Positions 26,520 to 40,720 are shown, counted from the stretch's first letter. The stretch is 64,000 bases of DNA from Felis catus (GCF_018350175.1 NC_058368.1:22074001-22138000), one strand, 5' to 3'. Numbers and translations are program-made. Notes: a model not told the origin generated them from the sequence alone.

Positions 26520-27207
26520 TGGAATCTCTTTTAATGACATTTTTTAATGACTTTTTACTATTGGCTACTGTTTCTGTGTGACTCGGTAAAACTTGTGGGA
26601 CCTTGGTTTTTTAAAAATTAAGATTACATATGAGATTTACTGAGTATGAATAATCTGTATCTTTATATATCTTCATTATACCTTTAATTTTTTGGCATTA
26701 TTATAATTAACCTTTTTTGGCATTATTATAATTATCCTTTAATTTTTTTCCCTTTATTTGAAAATGTCTTCATGTCCCATTTGATGGACAGTTTTCTGAT
26801 GAATTCAAATGACTATTCTTATACAAATTATTTGATGTAACAAGTCATTCAGTCTATAAACAAATTCTTAAATTGATGTAAGTAAAAAATCTTCTCTATG
26901 TTTGAAATATGAACTTTCTACTCATTACTCACCTGTATTTACCAGTGACCCTATTTTAATGTATAACTTGTAATAGGTAAGTGTATGTCATTTTTTCTTG
27001 TATTTAAGAAAAGGCTTTCATTCATTTTTCTAATATGTGGAGAAAATAATTTTAATTGCTTACTTAAAAAGCCACTTTGTTAATATACAGATTTCTATGA
27101 CTCCATTTTCATGTAGTTATAACATACAATAGAAAAATAGGAATTATTTATTTTTAAGAATAACTTCCTCAAATTTGAGGAATTTGAGTTTTATAAAATG
27201 TCTTTCC

Positions 27208-27412
27208 AGGGGCGTCTGGGTGGCTCAGTCAGTTAAGGGTCCAACTTTGACTCAGGTCATACTCTCATGGTTCTCAGGTTCAAGCCCCACATGGGGCTCT
27301 CTGCTGTGAGCACGGAGCCCACTTCAGATCCTCTGTCCCCCTCCCTCTCCCCTGCTTGTGCACACACTCTTTCTCCATCTCAAAAATAAATAAACATTAA
27401 AAAAAAAAAAAG
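27208..27412 (+). mobile_element. Can-SINE
   Basis: TSD taaaatgtctttcca. Confidence 0.92.
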
Positions 27413-28309
27413 TAAAATGTCTTTCCATTTCTTCTGAAAAGTTAATATTTAGTTTGGTTTATAAGGCTAAAACTGCTTATTCATTCATTTATGAAGGGCC
27501 TATGATAATAACAGTACTAGTAATAATAATACTAACAACAGTAAGTAATAGTAATGGTAGAGGTCAAGATGCTATTTACTAGATGTCAGACCTTGTGGAT
27601 AGTTATTGCTGTTGTTGTTGTTGTTATTGGTTTACCTGTTTTATACATGAGAACACTGCAGCCCGGAGAGGTTAACTAACTTATCCAAAGTCACATAGCT
27701 AGTATGATTTAAACCCAATTAGTCTGGCTCCAGAGTCTGTGCTCTCAGAACACTATCCAGCTTTCCAGTCTTCAAGCAGTCATAGTCTACAATGAGAAGA
27801 GACAACTCATTACAACTCACTGTTGTTACTTTACCAGTATACTCTGTAGGAACTCAGATGAAGGAGCCATAATCTCTGCCTGGGACATCAAGAATGAAGC
27901 AAGTCTTAAAGTAGAAAATTGCCAGAAAGGCACAAAGAGTTGAAAGATCAAGTACTTCCCGTGCAAAGGCACAGAGGCATCAAAATGCATAATGTGTTTG
28001 GAGGATGACAAGATTTCTGGTGTAACTGGAGTTCAGTGTGAATGGGAAGGAGGGATGGGAGATAAAGCTGGAAAGACTGAGAACAGATTATGAAGAGCCT
28101 TCTATGCCCTGAACAAACCAACTATGGAAAATTTGAGGAGGGGACAATCAAGGAAATTTGAATATGGAGTGGGTATTAGTTACTAAAGAATTACTGTTAA
28201 TTTTTAAGCGTGATAATTACATTGTGGTTATGTAAGATTTATCTTTTTGTTCAGTTAAGGATCCTAACAAAATCCAGTTGTTGTATTTGGATGTAATGTC
28301 ACATAGGTC

Positions 28310-28508
28310 TTTTTTTAGTGTTTATTTATTTTTGAGAGAGAGAGAGAGAGAGAGAGAGGCAGAGAGAGAGGGAGACACAGAATCTGAGCAGGCTCCACGC
28401 TCTGAGCTGTCAGCACAGAGCCCAACGTAGGGCTCAAACCCAAAAACCACGAGATCATGACATGAGCCAAAGCCAGACACTTAGCTGACTGAGCCACCTA
28501 GGTGCCCT
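28310..28508 (-). mobile_element. Can-SINE
   Basis: TSD tcacataggtctttt / tcacatgggtctttt. Confidence 0.9.
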
Positions 28509-29554
28509 CACATGGGTCTTTTAAAGTCTCTTTTCATTGACAATAGCGTCTGTTCCTCTTTTTATGTCATTGATTTTTTGAAAACCTGAGTTAATTATCC
28601 TACAGAATTTCCTCCATTCTGGGTTTGTCAGATTGTTTCCTAATGATGTCATTTAACTTGTTCCACTATCTCCTGTATTGATATCCTGGAGGTTATATTT
28701 AAAGACTTGATTAGATTTAGATTAGGTTTTATTTTGGCAATCATATTTTGTAAGTGGTGTTGTGCAGTTCATATTTCATCTCATCCGGAGACAAACATTT
28801 AGTAATGCTAAGATTGAGCAGTGGGTTCAGATGGAGACAGCTTAATCCATTGTAAAGTTCCTCATCAGCCTTACACTTAATTGTTTGACCATTCATTGAT
28901 GAACACTGTATGATTCAGTCATTTCATTAGAGGTTACAGAAAGGTGATATTCTAATCCTGTCATTCCTCGTGCATTTATTGGCTAGAGTAGTTTTAAGGA
29001 GAATAACTTTCTCTCATCTACCACAACAATTTAATTACTTTAAAATACAATTCATACCAGGGAGAGAGAATAAGTGCCTAATTCATTTCCTTCAGTTATC
29101 AATTTAGAGAGAAGTTGTTACCCCAGGAACTAACATTGGCATCTAATGAGTTTCTTTTATCTTTCTCTCTTTCTCTCTCCCTCATCCCCCCCCCCCCATC
29201 CCTTTATTAGCACTATGAACTTCTGTGTAACTTTTTTCCATATGTCTTATGTAGTTGCACACATTTTTCTTGTTGGTGCTCAATCCTCCATTCAAGTTGA
29301 CCATGTCCTTTTTATATTACTCCCATTAGTATGTGAGAGATTCCCTGCTTTCTGGCACAAGATAGACCAGGCTCATCTTGTATATTTCCTAACACAGACT
29401 TGGAATCAGCCATTTCTACCAAAAACTCTTGTTCTTTTTAGTGAGGAATGGTTCTTAGAGACTATAATCTGGATGCTAGGGCTTCTCATTGACATTGGAT
29501 TGTAATTGCTTCTGAGCTTTTTTAGTAGACAGAATTATATCTCATTATTTTCTA

Positions 29555-29821
29555 AATTTTTTTAATGTTTTATTTATTTTTGAGAGAGAGAGAGAGAACA
29601 TGAGTGAGGAGGGGCAGAGAGAGAAGGAGACAGAGAATCCAAAGCAGGCTCCGTACTGTCAGTGCAAAGCCTGATGTGGGGCTCGAACCCATGAACCGTG
29701 AGATCATGACCTGAGCTGAATTATAAATAAATTATCAAATAAATAAATTATCAAAAGCCAATATCCTCAAGGGTAGTAAGGTTGAAATGACACTTAACCG
29801 ACTGAGCCACCCAGGTGCCCC
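29555..29821 (-). mobile_element. Can-SINE carrying a ~70-nt foreign templated insertion (29721-29792)
   Basis: SINE text breaks at ctgagctgaa and resumes at cacttaaccgactgag. TSD tcattatttt. Confidence 0.92.
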
Positions 29822-30151
29822 ATCATTATTTTTAAAGTAAGCAAATATATCTAGATTAAAAGCAAAACTTCTTGCCTATATTGAGGAGGCCAAGTGTTTG
29901 TTGAATGACATTTTATAAAACTTTTCCAACTACTACCTGACATTGTTTGCTTCCAGCAAAAACAAAAGTCATTTTTGCCCTTATGTGATATGTGTTCTTG
30001 AGATATTCTTGCACAAGCTCTTCTAGCCGTTTTTTTTTTTTTTTTGTTTTGTTTTTTTGGTATAATATTTACTGTAGCTCACTTCTAGATGAGACAAATG
30101 CTCTTACATACTAGCTTTTATTAAATTTGAAAGTGATCTTAGATGCTGTGA

Positions 30152-30366
30152 TTTTTTTTTTCAACGTTTTTATTTATTTTTGGGACAGAGAGAGACAGAG
30201 CATGAACGGGGGAGGGGCAGAGAGAGAGGGAGACACAGAATCGGAAACAGGCTCCAGGCTCCGAGCCATCAGCCCAGAGCCTGACGCGGGGCTCGAACTC
30301 ACGGACCGCGAGATCGTGACCTGGCTGAAGTCGGACACCTAACCGACTGTGCCACCCAGGCGCCCC
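30152..30366 (-). mobile_element. Young SINEC_Fc-type SINE
   Basis: TSD gatgctgtgatttttt. Confidence 0.95.
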
Positions 30367-31840
30367 GATGCTGTGATTTTTTGAATAAGCATGCATCTAT
30401 AGTAGTGTGCCTTCTCCAAACTAACATAGTTCTTTAGAGTCTAGACTGTATGATACAAACTACAAATCAAGGAAGGAAGATGTAATTCAATTCTATAAAA
30501 TAGTGATTCAACATTTACTGGATTAATCTTTCCATTAGCAACCTGACATGAATTAGTCATTGTGGAGGCATAGTGATTCATTGTGGTCCCTGGCCTTGGG
30601 AACTTTTTTCTTAAGTGGAATAGGATAGATGAGATATTTATTCTGTACCAAGAATAAGGATATTAATGTTATTGAGATTTGAAACTTCAGATAGGCTTAA
30701 TTTGTGGAGCACATTTGTATATAGTAGGCAATAAATTATCAAAAGCCAATATCCTCAAGGGTAGTAAGGTTGAAATGACATATGTGAATTATAGATCCCT
30801 TAAAGGGTACTGAGTAAAATTAAGGATTTCTCTGTCTATCCCAATGTATTGCTAACTTTAAGAAACTCATCTCAGAGAATGACATTTTCACTCTCAGGCA
30901 CAAACTAGTGGGATGCAACCAGTGTTCTGACCAAGAGGAGTATTTTAAAAAATATTTTCTTAGTTCTCAAAAATAAATAGTATATCACAGATGGTTCCAA
31001 TACACTTCACCCAATGAAAGGAAAAAGAGAACTAATTATACACAAAAGTTGGGAGTATAAACTTTTAGCAGATAGTCTCAGTTTGGAAATTGGATTAAGA
31101 AATGAGAAAATGTTGGCTGGAGATCATACAGCCTTTTGTGTAAGCCAGAGTTTGACTTTCATTAGAGTTCTAGTATTAAGAATTTCAGTCAGAGTTTGAA
31201 ACTTATTACCTTCATTATATGCCTACTTTGTGCAAAATATTATGCTAAGCACTCTTTGGAAATTGAGGTGGGGATGGAGAAAAGTAACAAGATACAGACA
31301 CCATATGGAGATGGGGGTAGAGGAGGAGAGGAGAAGGTATCGAGAACAGGAAGGTAGCAAGGAGAATGAAGTTGTTTGAAATGACGTGAAGAAAACAGAT
31401 TTATAACAATTTATTGATGATGTCACCTAGTACAGATTGAAAAAAGTGCTAAATTGGTATTACAGATAAGCTGTTGTAAGAATACAAAGGGGAGAGAGAA
31501 TAGTCCTGAGTGGTGGGTGATTGTGAAAGACTTCAAGGAGGAGGGGATATTAAACTAAAGCCTTGAAAGATGGGAGAGAATCTTAGAGGAAGAAGCATAA
31601 GAAGGACGTTCTAGGTTGAGAGAATGGCGTCCTCCAAAGAGATAGGGAGTGGGATGAGAAATGAAACTGGGAAGTTAAGTTTAGGGCCAAATTACAAAAG
31701 TCCAGAAATATCTCAGTAATAAGTCTAGATTTTAATGATGTTTGCTCTTTATCTAGGCCAAGTCTTTATCTCATACTCTCCAGAGTACTCTACCAATAAA
31801 CAAGTGTTCTCCTTCACACTTTAGAAAATACACCCCTCTT

Positions 31841-32045
31841 GGGGGTGCCTGGGTGGCTCAGTGGGTTAAGCGTCGGACTCTTGGTTTCGGCTCAGGTCCT
31901 GAACTCACGATTTCGTTGAGTTCGAGCCCCATGTTAGTACGGAACCCACTTGGGATTCTTTCTCTCTCCCTCCTTGTCTGCGCCCTCCCCTGCCTCCATC
32001 TCTGTCTCTCTCAAAATAAAGAAATAAACTTAAAAAAAAAAAGAA
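31841..32045 (+). mobile_element. Can-SINE
   Basis: TSD agaaaatacacccctctt. Confidence 0.92.
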
Positions 32046-33254
32046 AGAAAATACACCCCTCTTTATGACATTTTAATATTTTTTCCATCTATAACTCTAC
32101 TATGTGTACCAGCAGTCTGATTTTCAAGTTCTTTGGTAAGAGAAATTATTAACACTATAAATAGGCATTTTTAAATATTCTTCAAATAATCACGCCTATC
32201 TGAATACATTAGCATTTAATGTTAATATGAATTATTCAGGGAATACTCAAAGGACATTTATAAATAGTATTCAGCATAAAACAGACAAAAATGAATAAAT
32301 ATTACCCTAGTTTAATGAATCCTCTCAAATATCCTTATTTACCATTTGCCCTATTGTATTTGTAGATTTGATTTTGCAAAGTATCCTGTTTCCTAAGTTG
32401 TGGGAGAGAGATTTTATTCTTGAATCTGAATTTCATGTAGATCTTACCTTATAAAAAACAGTGCATTATTTTTTATTGCTCAACAAATGTTATCACTTAC
32501 ATTTGATGAGTTACATCTTGAAGTTTTGTGTAAGAGTGGTTTTGCTTTGATTTTCATCTATTCAGTTTTCTTATCCGTCCATTTCAGTTCTCATTTGTTC
32601 AGTGGTCTTTTTTGCTTCTTAAAAGTATTTTTTTGCTAGAATTTTTCTAACTTGCAGAATTCATGGTAAATTTGAAAGATTATGCAGGTCCTTCATGGAT
32701 ATCATTTTTCTTCTGTTCTCAACATTATAGGAAAGCACTTTTTCAAGAATTGAGATCATTTGAGTTTTCTCCCAGTGGGCTTTATATTAGAACCACAAAA
32801 ATTAATATTGTATTTAACTGAAGTGAAAGGATAGAAGTTTTTTATCCTACACTCTACTCACTTCCCAGTCTTCTACAACTGTATCTGCCTTTGTTCTGTT
32901 CTTTTACTATTTATCACACAATTGTCAACTGTATTATTTAATACTGGACTTGTTTTACTTGAGCTACTGTTGTTCATTTTCTTGAAACCTTACAATACAC
33001 TGGAATGTAACTCAAACCTAGATTTATTTCAGTGTTGAATTTGACACTTGAGGCATTGTTATTAAATTAGGAAAGGAACAGATATAATGTGCCCATCCTG
33101 AATGGTTTCCTACAGTAGACATTGTGTTTTTCTAGTGCAGTTTTTGCTACGAGCAGTAATTCATGAGATCAGTGAGTCAGTCAGTGCACAGCTATTTATT
33201 ATTGGTCATCTACAATATACAAATCAACTATATGTGCATGAAATATCTATCCTT

Positions 33255-33965
33255 ACCTTCTTCCTGAACTCCAGATGCACATATTCTACTGCCAAGGAGA
33301 CATCTCTACTTAGATAGCAGGCATCTCAAAGTTAACACGGTTAGAAACAAACTTCCAGTTTTTTCACTGACCTGTACCTCTTCTAGTTTATTCATCTTAA
33401 AAATTGGCACCACCCTCTACCCAGTTATTTGGGCCAAAATTTTGGGAGCCGTTCTTGAATCCTTTGTTTCCCTCACCCCAAATTTGTTCCCTGCTCTACC
33501 CCACCACCTACAACATCAGCAAGGCCATTGACTCTTCCTACGGACAATATGCGTGATGTGCACACAGGCCTTTCCTGCACTCCTGCTACCCCAGTCCAGG
33601 CCACCGTTGTCTCCAGCTGGACTTCTGCTCCTGCTCCTAACTCCCCAGTTCATTTTTCCCTCTTTTATAATAGATTCTCCACAGATACCTAGAGTGATCT
33701 TTTTAAAGCATATATTAGGCCGTGTTCATGTCTCACTTTAAACTCTCTAAAGGCTTCCTCCCACACTTCAACACCACACTCCTAACCTTAGCCTATAGAG
33801 CTGTATGTGATCTGGCCCCTGCCCTTTTCCACTCTTGCCTCATTTCACACCATTCCCTGCGTTTCCCCTACATTCCAGCCACACTGGCCTTACTTTTCTC
33901 TAACTCACCAAACTGGTTCTTGCCTTGGAACCTTTGCACAGTTAGTTCCCTTTACCTGGACTGTG
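33255..33965. mobile_element. L2 LINE remnant
   Basis: Characteristic pyrimidine-rich L2 text (cctgaactccaga...ggcatctcaaa; tgatctggcccctgcc; ccagccacactggcct; cctttgcaca). Confidence 0.7.
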
Positions 33966-34083
33966 ACAAATGTTACCCATGCGTCCCTTAACAGCAGTAT
34001 TGAAATGGTTCTTTTGATACCATTAATATTATTTTATTAATAAGATAACAGAGCTCTCTATTTCTCTCTTGTTTATGCTTTAG

Positions 34084-34252
34084 ATATGAAGCCCCACAGA
34101 TCGCCTTACGTTGCGGGATTATGCTGAGAGAATGTATCCGACATGAACCACTTGCCAAAATCATCCTCTTTTCTAATCAGTTCCGAGATTTCTTTAAGTA
34201 TGTGGAGTTGTCAACATTTGATATTGCTTCAGATGCCTTTGCTACTTTTAAG
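34084..34252 (+). CDS. CAB39L: CAB39L coding exon (169 nt; (G)[56 protein letters not shown])
   Basis: Acceptor tgcttttag, donor GTAATT. The first base completes the GG+A Gly codon from the previous exon. Open frame matching MO25-beta. Confidence 0.97.
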
Positions 34253-35635
34253 GTAATTTTTTTTTAATCAGCTAGTTCATTTAGTTTCAGCATTTAGTTA
34301 AAGTCAATTGGCCTCCAAAGAGACAGTTTAATTAAAACACAGAAAAAGCTATTCCTGAGGCCTGAGTATAACCGACTGTGAATTACGACACAAACCGCAA
34401 GAGCATCGATAATGCATTCTATTAGACCAGTCTATCACATTGTGGAAAAAAACAACTCAAAATACTTGTCACACACTCATACAGAATGAATTGCAATATA
34501 TAAATGTAGTATTCTATGCAAAGCATGCTTTCATTTATGTTAAAAACAAACGGTATAAGCTGTCACTTAAGGTGCACTGAGTACCTCTGGAAGGTTATCA
34601 GGGAAGCAGGAACAGTGTTTCCCTGCAGGGAAGGGAACTGGGTAGCAAAGGGAGCTGGAGAATGATATCTTTGAACATGAAGGACATCACATTACCTTAT
34701 CAATGTCATTATAAATTCCCCTACAGTGAAACAAAATACTAAGAAATGATACTTTTTTTCCATAATCATCTATATTCTTATAAACTTATAATCTACTGTT
34801 ACTTATAGGTAATAAATTTAATCTTAGTTTTTAAATTAAAAAATTTTTTAATTGTTATAAAATAACATACATGAAATTGCCATCTTACCGTTCTTTAGTG
34901 CACAGTTCAGTAGCGCTAAGTATATTCATATTATTTGTGCAACTAATATCTATTAGATAACAATGCTCCATTTCCCCCTCCTCCCAGGGTCTGGCAACCA
35001 CCATCTACTTTTGGTTTTGGAGTTTGACCATCAAAAAGATGTTCAGAGAGCATATTAGAAATAATGTAGCTAATTTGCAAACTAAAATACTAGAGCTTAT
35101 ACATCCAATGAATGATATCACCTTAAAGGTCCTATCTTAGAAAACGATTTCCTTTTTCTTATGATCCTGCCATTATTTAATATATTTTGAAACTGGTATC
35201 ATTTTCTGTGGCATGTTCATTTTTCAGTAATGTCAAATGTTTATCCTTCGAGGGCAGATAAAGTTTTGGAAAGAGCACAAGGCTATTTGACATTCAGGTT
35301 CATGGGTCAAGTGGGTGATCTTGGTAGCTAGAACTGTTTTCAGTTTTGGTAATAATAATGAGATTGATAATAAAAATAAAATTTATTTTTAAATTTCTAA
35401 ATAATAGTAAAATAATAAAATAATAAATAATAATAAAAATTCTAAAATAGAGTCTGATTTTCTTCAGCACATACCAAATTGCCTCTGAAGATGATTTTAA
35501 AAGAGGAATTCTGAAAATATTTTAAGCTAACAATGTAACAGCATCATTGACCAAAAACAAAAAAAAAAGTCAATTACAAATAGATAAGACTCATTCAAAT
35601 GTATATATTCAGATTTGTTTCTATAAAAGCATTTT

Positions 35636-35760
35636 GGGGCGACTGGGTAACTCAGTTGGTTAAGTGACCGACTCTTGATTTTGGCTCAGGTCATGATCTC
35701 ACAGTTCATGAGATCGAGTCCCATGTCAGCTCCACTCTGATGGCATAGAACCTGCTTGGG

Positions 35761-35819
<59 letters not shown>

Positions 35820-35910
35820 GCCTCCCTTTCTCCCTCTCCCTCTCTCTGCCCCTCCCCGCCCAGCAATCACTCTATCTCAAAATAAATAAACTTCAAAAAA
35901 AAAATAAAAA
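35636..35910 (+). mobile_element. Can-SINE with long (CT)n
   Basis: TSD ataaaagcattt / taaaaagcattt. Confidence 0.9.
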
Positions 35911-37299
35911 GCATTTCAGCAATTTACTTGCTCCATTTACATCATTCCAGATTTACTTCTACATTTTTTAGGATATAAATATATATTTTTACTTAATTGT
36001 AATACATGTATGGCTTTTTATTTTTATATATTACCTTAAATACTTATTTTAACAGTATTGACATAGTCCATATACCAATATTTGTAAATACTTTAATCTT
36101 ATTACTTTATGTAAATGACTTGAAAGTTGTCTAGGACCTGGGTGATAAATAGTATCTTTTTTTCTAACGTTTATCTATTTATTTCAAGAGGGAGAGAGAG
36201 TACACATTAACAGGCAAGGGAGGGGAGAGAGGGAGGAAGAGGTTGGGGCTGAACACTAAGGAGAGTTGCCTGGTGGGTGGAGGAAAGGGTAGCAAGGGCG
36301 ACAAGCATGGGTGTGTGCTCAGAGTGCTGTCAGACCTGGAGCCTGTTGTGTTTGACAGGCTACTTGGTCTCACCCAGCAAAGCAAAAGTATGGTGGCTAC
36401 AGATGAACCTCCCAAAGTATATCTAACAGCACATGGTGAGAGAGGCCTTGATGCATGAAATCTGTTGAATGACATTTAACACAAAAGATGATTCCATTTC
36501 TTCCTGGCAAAATGTCTGTGCCTAGATAACTAAGGAGATGTTTTCTATTAATAGCACAGTACCGTTCTTTCCCCCTTTTCTATCTGATGACTCTGCTGTC
36601 ATGGAAACAAAGTTGGCTCCTTTTTTGAAAGACTGTATGTAAGTGAAGCTTCACAAATAATTATAAACAAAGAACAAACTCTAACGGAGGGAAAAAGTAA
36701 ATAGAAACGTATGTACTTTTCAAAATTTCCCCAAAGATTTTTCAACATTTAATAGAATAAACTATATTGATAATGTCTTGCTATCATAATGTTCAACCCA
36801 ATTTAATTTTCAGTACAATTTGGATATCAAAAGTAAATTCATGTTTTAATTTGTACCTCAGCATATTTTCCATTGAACTTAAGTCAAGAGTCTGAAAATC
36901 TAAATAAGCATAAAAAGTTTTATAGTATGCCAACAATATTGGAAATGCCAACTTTATGTATTTTTCCAAAATGCTGTGGTTAATATAGTAGAACAGTGAC
37001 CATAAGTCACTTTTTCTTTTTAGATAGATGGCTGAGGGGTTTTGGTTGTTTGGTTGGTTTGGTGTTGGTCTGATTTTAATTTGGTTTTATATTTTGTTTT
37101 TAACCTCTTAGACTTACCTTTTTTGTTTTGAGCTCCAACAGCCCTCTGGCTGTTGCCCAGTCTAATCATTAATGTTTCAGCACTGTTTATATTTTTGTGG
37201 CAGTGTTGTCTACAAATTGTCCTTTCCCCAAAAGCACACCTAACAATCAGAATTTCTTTCATCCCTCCTTCCAAGAATTGACATGATAGAAGGGGTCTG

Positions 37300-37490
37300 A
37301 ATTCCACCTCCCTCTGCCACCTGACTGGCACTATGTCCTTGAGCAAATAGTTAACCTTAGAGTTTCATTTTCTCATCCGTGAGATGAAGAAAATAATCCC
37401 TGCTTTGCAGAGTTGCTGTGAAGATTAGAAATAATGTGTGTAAAGTGCTCTGCATGCTCCTCGGCTCATAGTAAACCCTCCATAAATGGC
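37300..37490. mobile_element. MIR fragment
   Basis: tccttgagcaaatagttaacctt...gttgctgtgaagattag...gtaaagtgct. Confidence 0.7.
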
Positions 37491-37719
37491 AGCTGCTGCC
37501 TGGCCCATCAACTGCCATGTCCCTGCCATTGAGTGTGTCTCTGTCACTCCACCCCGTGTCTCCCAAGCTGTGCAGAAGTCACTCCCATATCAATATCAGA
37601 TAATCTTTAGCATAATACCTAGACTATGCAAAGCTTAGTCTTGTCAAAACAGAATTGTGAGAGGTGGGATGAAAGGGTACACTGTTTCAAATAATATTTA
37701 AAATTGTATTTTATTAAAA

Positions 37720-37888
37720 ACATTTTTTTTAACATTTATTTATTTTTGTGACAGAAAGAAAGACCGTGAGTCGGGGAGGGGCAGAGAGAAAGGGAGACAC
37801 AGAATCAGAAACAGGCTCCAGGCCCTGAGCTGTATGCATAGAGCCCGAAAGGCAGATGCTGAACCCAACTGAGCCACCCAGGCGCCCC
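37720..37888 (-). mobile_element. Can-SINE with internal deletion
   Basis: Reverse-complement SINE lacking the middle of the head. Confidence 0.85.
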
Positions 37889-38158
37889 AATAGTTTTTAA
37901 AATTTTGAATTATTTAAAATTTGAACTTTATTTTTCTTTGCAACTTTCTGCTTTTTCCTTTTTGGGTAGGATCCTACCTGGTTTATTTTTCCCACTGTTC
38001 TGTGATCTACAATGATGCAGCAATTATATTTAGTTTTGTATTATATGTATATATGCATGGGTGTATGTATAGACTGTTCCTCCAGTTGTGTGCACGTATT
38101 TATTATGAACAGAAATTTGAGGGTATAGCTATGAATATACACACACGAGTGTGAGAGA

Positions 38159-38160
<2 letters not shown>

Positions 38161-38232
<72 letters not shown>
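38161..38232. repeat. Compound (GT)n(GA)n microsatellite
   Basis: Read directly from the sequence. Confidence 0.95.
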
Positions 38233-38236
<4 letters not shown>

Positions 38237-39556
38237 TTTACTGGCTGTACCCACCATGTACCTGTGCTAGAGGAATTCTACCCCACCTTATTTTATTTTT
38301 CTATTATTGGATATGCAAGTTATTTCAAGTTTTCCCCCTTGGAATTTGAAGTTGGCTGCTACTAACAGGACTCCCTCCTGATGCCTCTGTCTTTGGAGTA
38401 CCACTAATGCACAGTGAATGGAAACCTTCCCACGCAGCGTGTATCTGCACAGCGCTCTGTCTGCTGCTGTGCAGACCTGTAGCCATGAGAGCACACAGTC
38501 CCCACGCTCAAGCCTGCCCACTGTTGTTACAGGCGGATCCAGTGTCTGCGCAGCCCTTTCTAACCGGGGTCAGCTCTGAAAATCACTGATACTCTGAGGA
38601 GGTTAGGGAAGCGGGTGTCTGAAAACTAGGGACCCTAAAGAATGCCGTGGGACTACCTTATTCTTCTGGGGGCCCCGGATACAGGAACTCATTTGAATTT
38701 TGACCTCAGACAGACCAGGAATGAATTGCTGTGGAGGGGTTTCCCATTTTAAAATTCCAGTTCCAGAACAGCACTGAATGTTCTACTGGGAAAAAAAAGT
38801 ACAGCTTTCCACTGATAGGCTCAGCGGTCACTCAAGATATGATGATAAGTAATGAAATGAAATCAATAGCTAGTCTCATTGTTCTTGAACTTGAAAATTA
38901 CAGTGCAAAATGCTTTAAATATTTTACTTGGTATTAAAATAGAAACAGGTGAGTTTTGCCATTGCTGCTACCTTCCTGTTCTCTGTGAATTTATGTTGTG
39001 GATCTTCTATATGCTTTTAGGTAGTTTTAATTAAATGCGTATTAAAGTATAAGAACTTATTTTGGAAAACTTTAAAATTCTTGTTATGTTTTTAATTAAA
39101 TTCTACATTCTACCTAGACAGGGTATTTAGCCTGTAAGCGTATAAAAGGGATTAGGTGAGGCTTGTTTTCTTTCAACATTAAGGTGAATTAAGGATATAA
39201 TTTAGGTGTGAGTTGAAGACAGTCAAACGTTCCTTTATGCTTTTGTTCAGTTTTCTGAGAGCTATGCCTGTCATAAGACCAGTCTGCTTGTCTTCAGCTT
39301 TGAAAGCGGGCATTGTGCTACTTAGTCACCGCAGTCCTTGCACAGCACCTCACAGCCCATCAACCGGGGGCAGGCGGATCCTGGGATGGCACAGTTAAGT
39401 GTCATTCTTGTGCTTCTCAGCAGCCTAGGCACCTCCATTTTAAACGTGGTTAAGGAAAAAAAACTAAAGGTTGACATTCCTGAAAATCTTTTAAGTTAAC
39501 TAATGAGATACAGTTTTAAGACATTCAGAATTCTTTAAAAAAAAAAAAAAGCTATC

Positions 39557-39752
39557 GGGGGCACCTGGGTGGCTCAGTCGGTTAAGCATCTGACTTTGGC
39601 TCAGGTCATGATCTTACAGTTTGTGGGTTCGAGCCCCATGTCGGGTTCTGTGCTGATGGCTCAGAGCCTGGAGCCTGCTTCAGATTCTGTGTCTCCCTCT
39701 CTCTGCTCCTACCCCACTCTCACTCTCTCTCTCAAAAATAAGCATTTAAAAA

Positions 39753-39792
<40 letters not shown>
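39557..39792 (+). mobile_element. Can-SINE with tail expanded to (TA)n
   Basis: Full head, (TA)n at 39756-39792, flanks agctat. Confidence 0.9.
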
Positions 39793-39794
<2 letters not shown>

Positions 39795-40169
39795 CTATTA
39801 ACAATATTTCAAAAAGATCATTATACACTTTATTTGGATTTTATTATATCATAATCACAGGGTAGCCATGGCCTGAAGAAATATACTGTAGACCCCCTCA
39901 CATAGGTGCCATCTGTTTCACTAAATTATTCCTATCATAAATCTAACAATGATATGAATTAAAACACTTTATTGTTTTTCACATGAAACACATTTGCATT
40001 TCACATCTTAAACTAAGAATGGAAATAATTTTGTGGTATAAAGAAAATATTCTTCAGAAACTTTTATGTTTCAAGTGACTGGACTTACATAATTCTTAGA
40101 AGGAAATACCAGGTTTGTAAAATTTATTAGCTATAATAATTTTATTTCACTTAACTGTTCTTTTTCTAG

Positions 40170-40229
40170 GATTTACTAACGAGACATAAAGTGTTGGTTG
40201 CAGACTTCTTAGAACAAAATTATGACACT
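40170..40229 (+). CDS. CAB39L: CAB39L coding exon (60 nt; DLLTRHKVLVADFLEQNYDT)
   Basis: Acceptor tttttctag, donor GTAAGT, phase 0-0, continues the MO25-beta sequence. Confidence 0.96.
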
Positions 40230-40527
40230 GTAAGTAGAAGTCCTTTTTAAGATTTTACCTCTTTCTCTCTTCTCCCCTCTCTCTCCTTCTTAGATCTATG
40301 GATACTGGCTCCTATTTGTGATCCACAACAGACACCAACCATGGTCCACCTTGCACCCAATTTGTCCATTTACCTGGAAGCCAGGTCATCAGGAAACTGT
40401 GGAAAATTGAGGGCTTTCTTATTTTTCACACCTCTTCCTGTTGTATCAGCTCCAAAAAAAGACTGGTACCTGCTCACTTTGATCGTGATTTAAGAGCCTC
40501 CATGTTGCTCTTATGAGGCAGTAGGTA

Positions 40528-40720
40528 GGGGCACCTGGGTGGTTCAGTCAGTTGAGCATCTGATTTCAGCTCAGGTCATGATCTCACGGTTTGTGAGTTT
40601 AAGCCCACATTGGGCTCGCCACTGTCAGCGCAGAGCCCACTTCAGACCCTCTGTCCCACCTCTCTGTCCTCCCCTGCTCATGTTCTCTCTCAAAAATAAA
40701 CAAACACTTAAAAAAAGAAG
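40528..40720 (+). mobile_element. Can-SINE
   Basis: TSD gcagtaggta. Confidence 0.9.

Noticed and set aside
36179..36475. Overlapping 71/98 aa ORFs in a GC-richer patch as a retrocopy or extra exon
   Set aside because: No recognisable protein, poly-A or TSD. The left part looks like a degenerate SINE tail.
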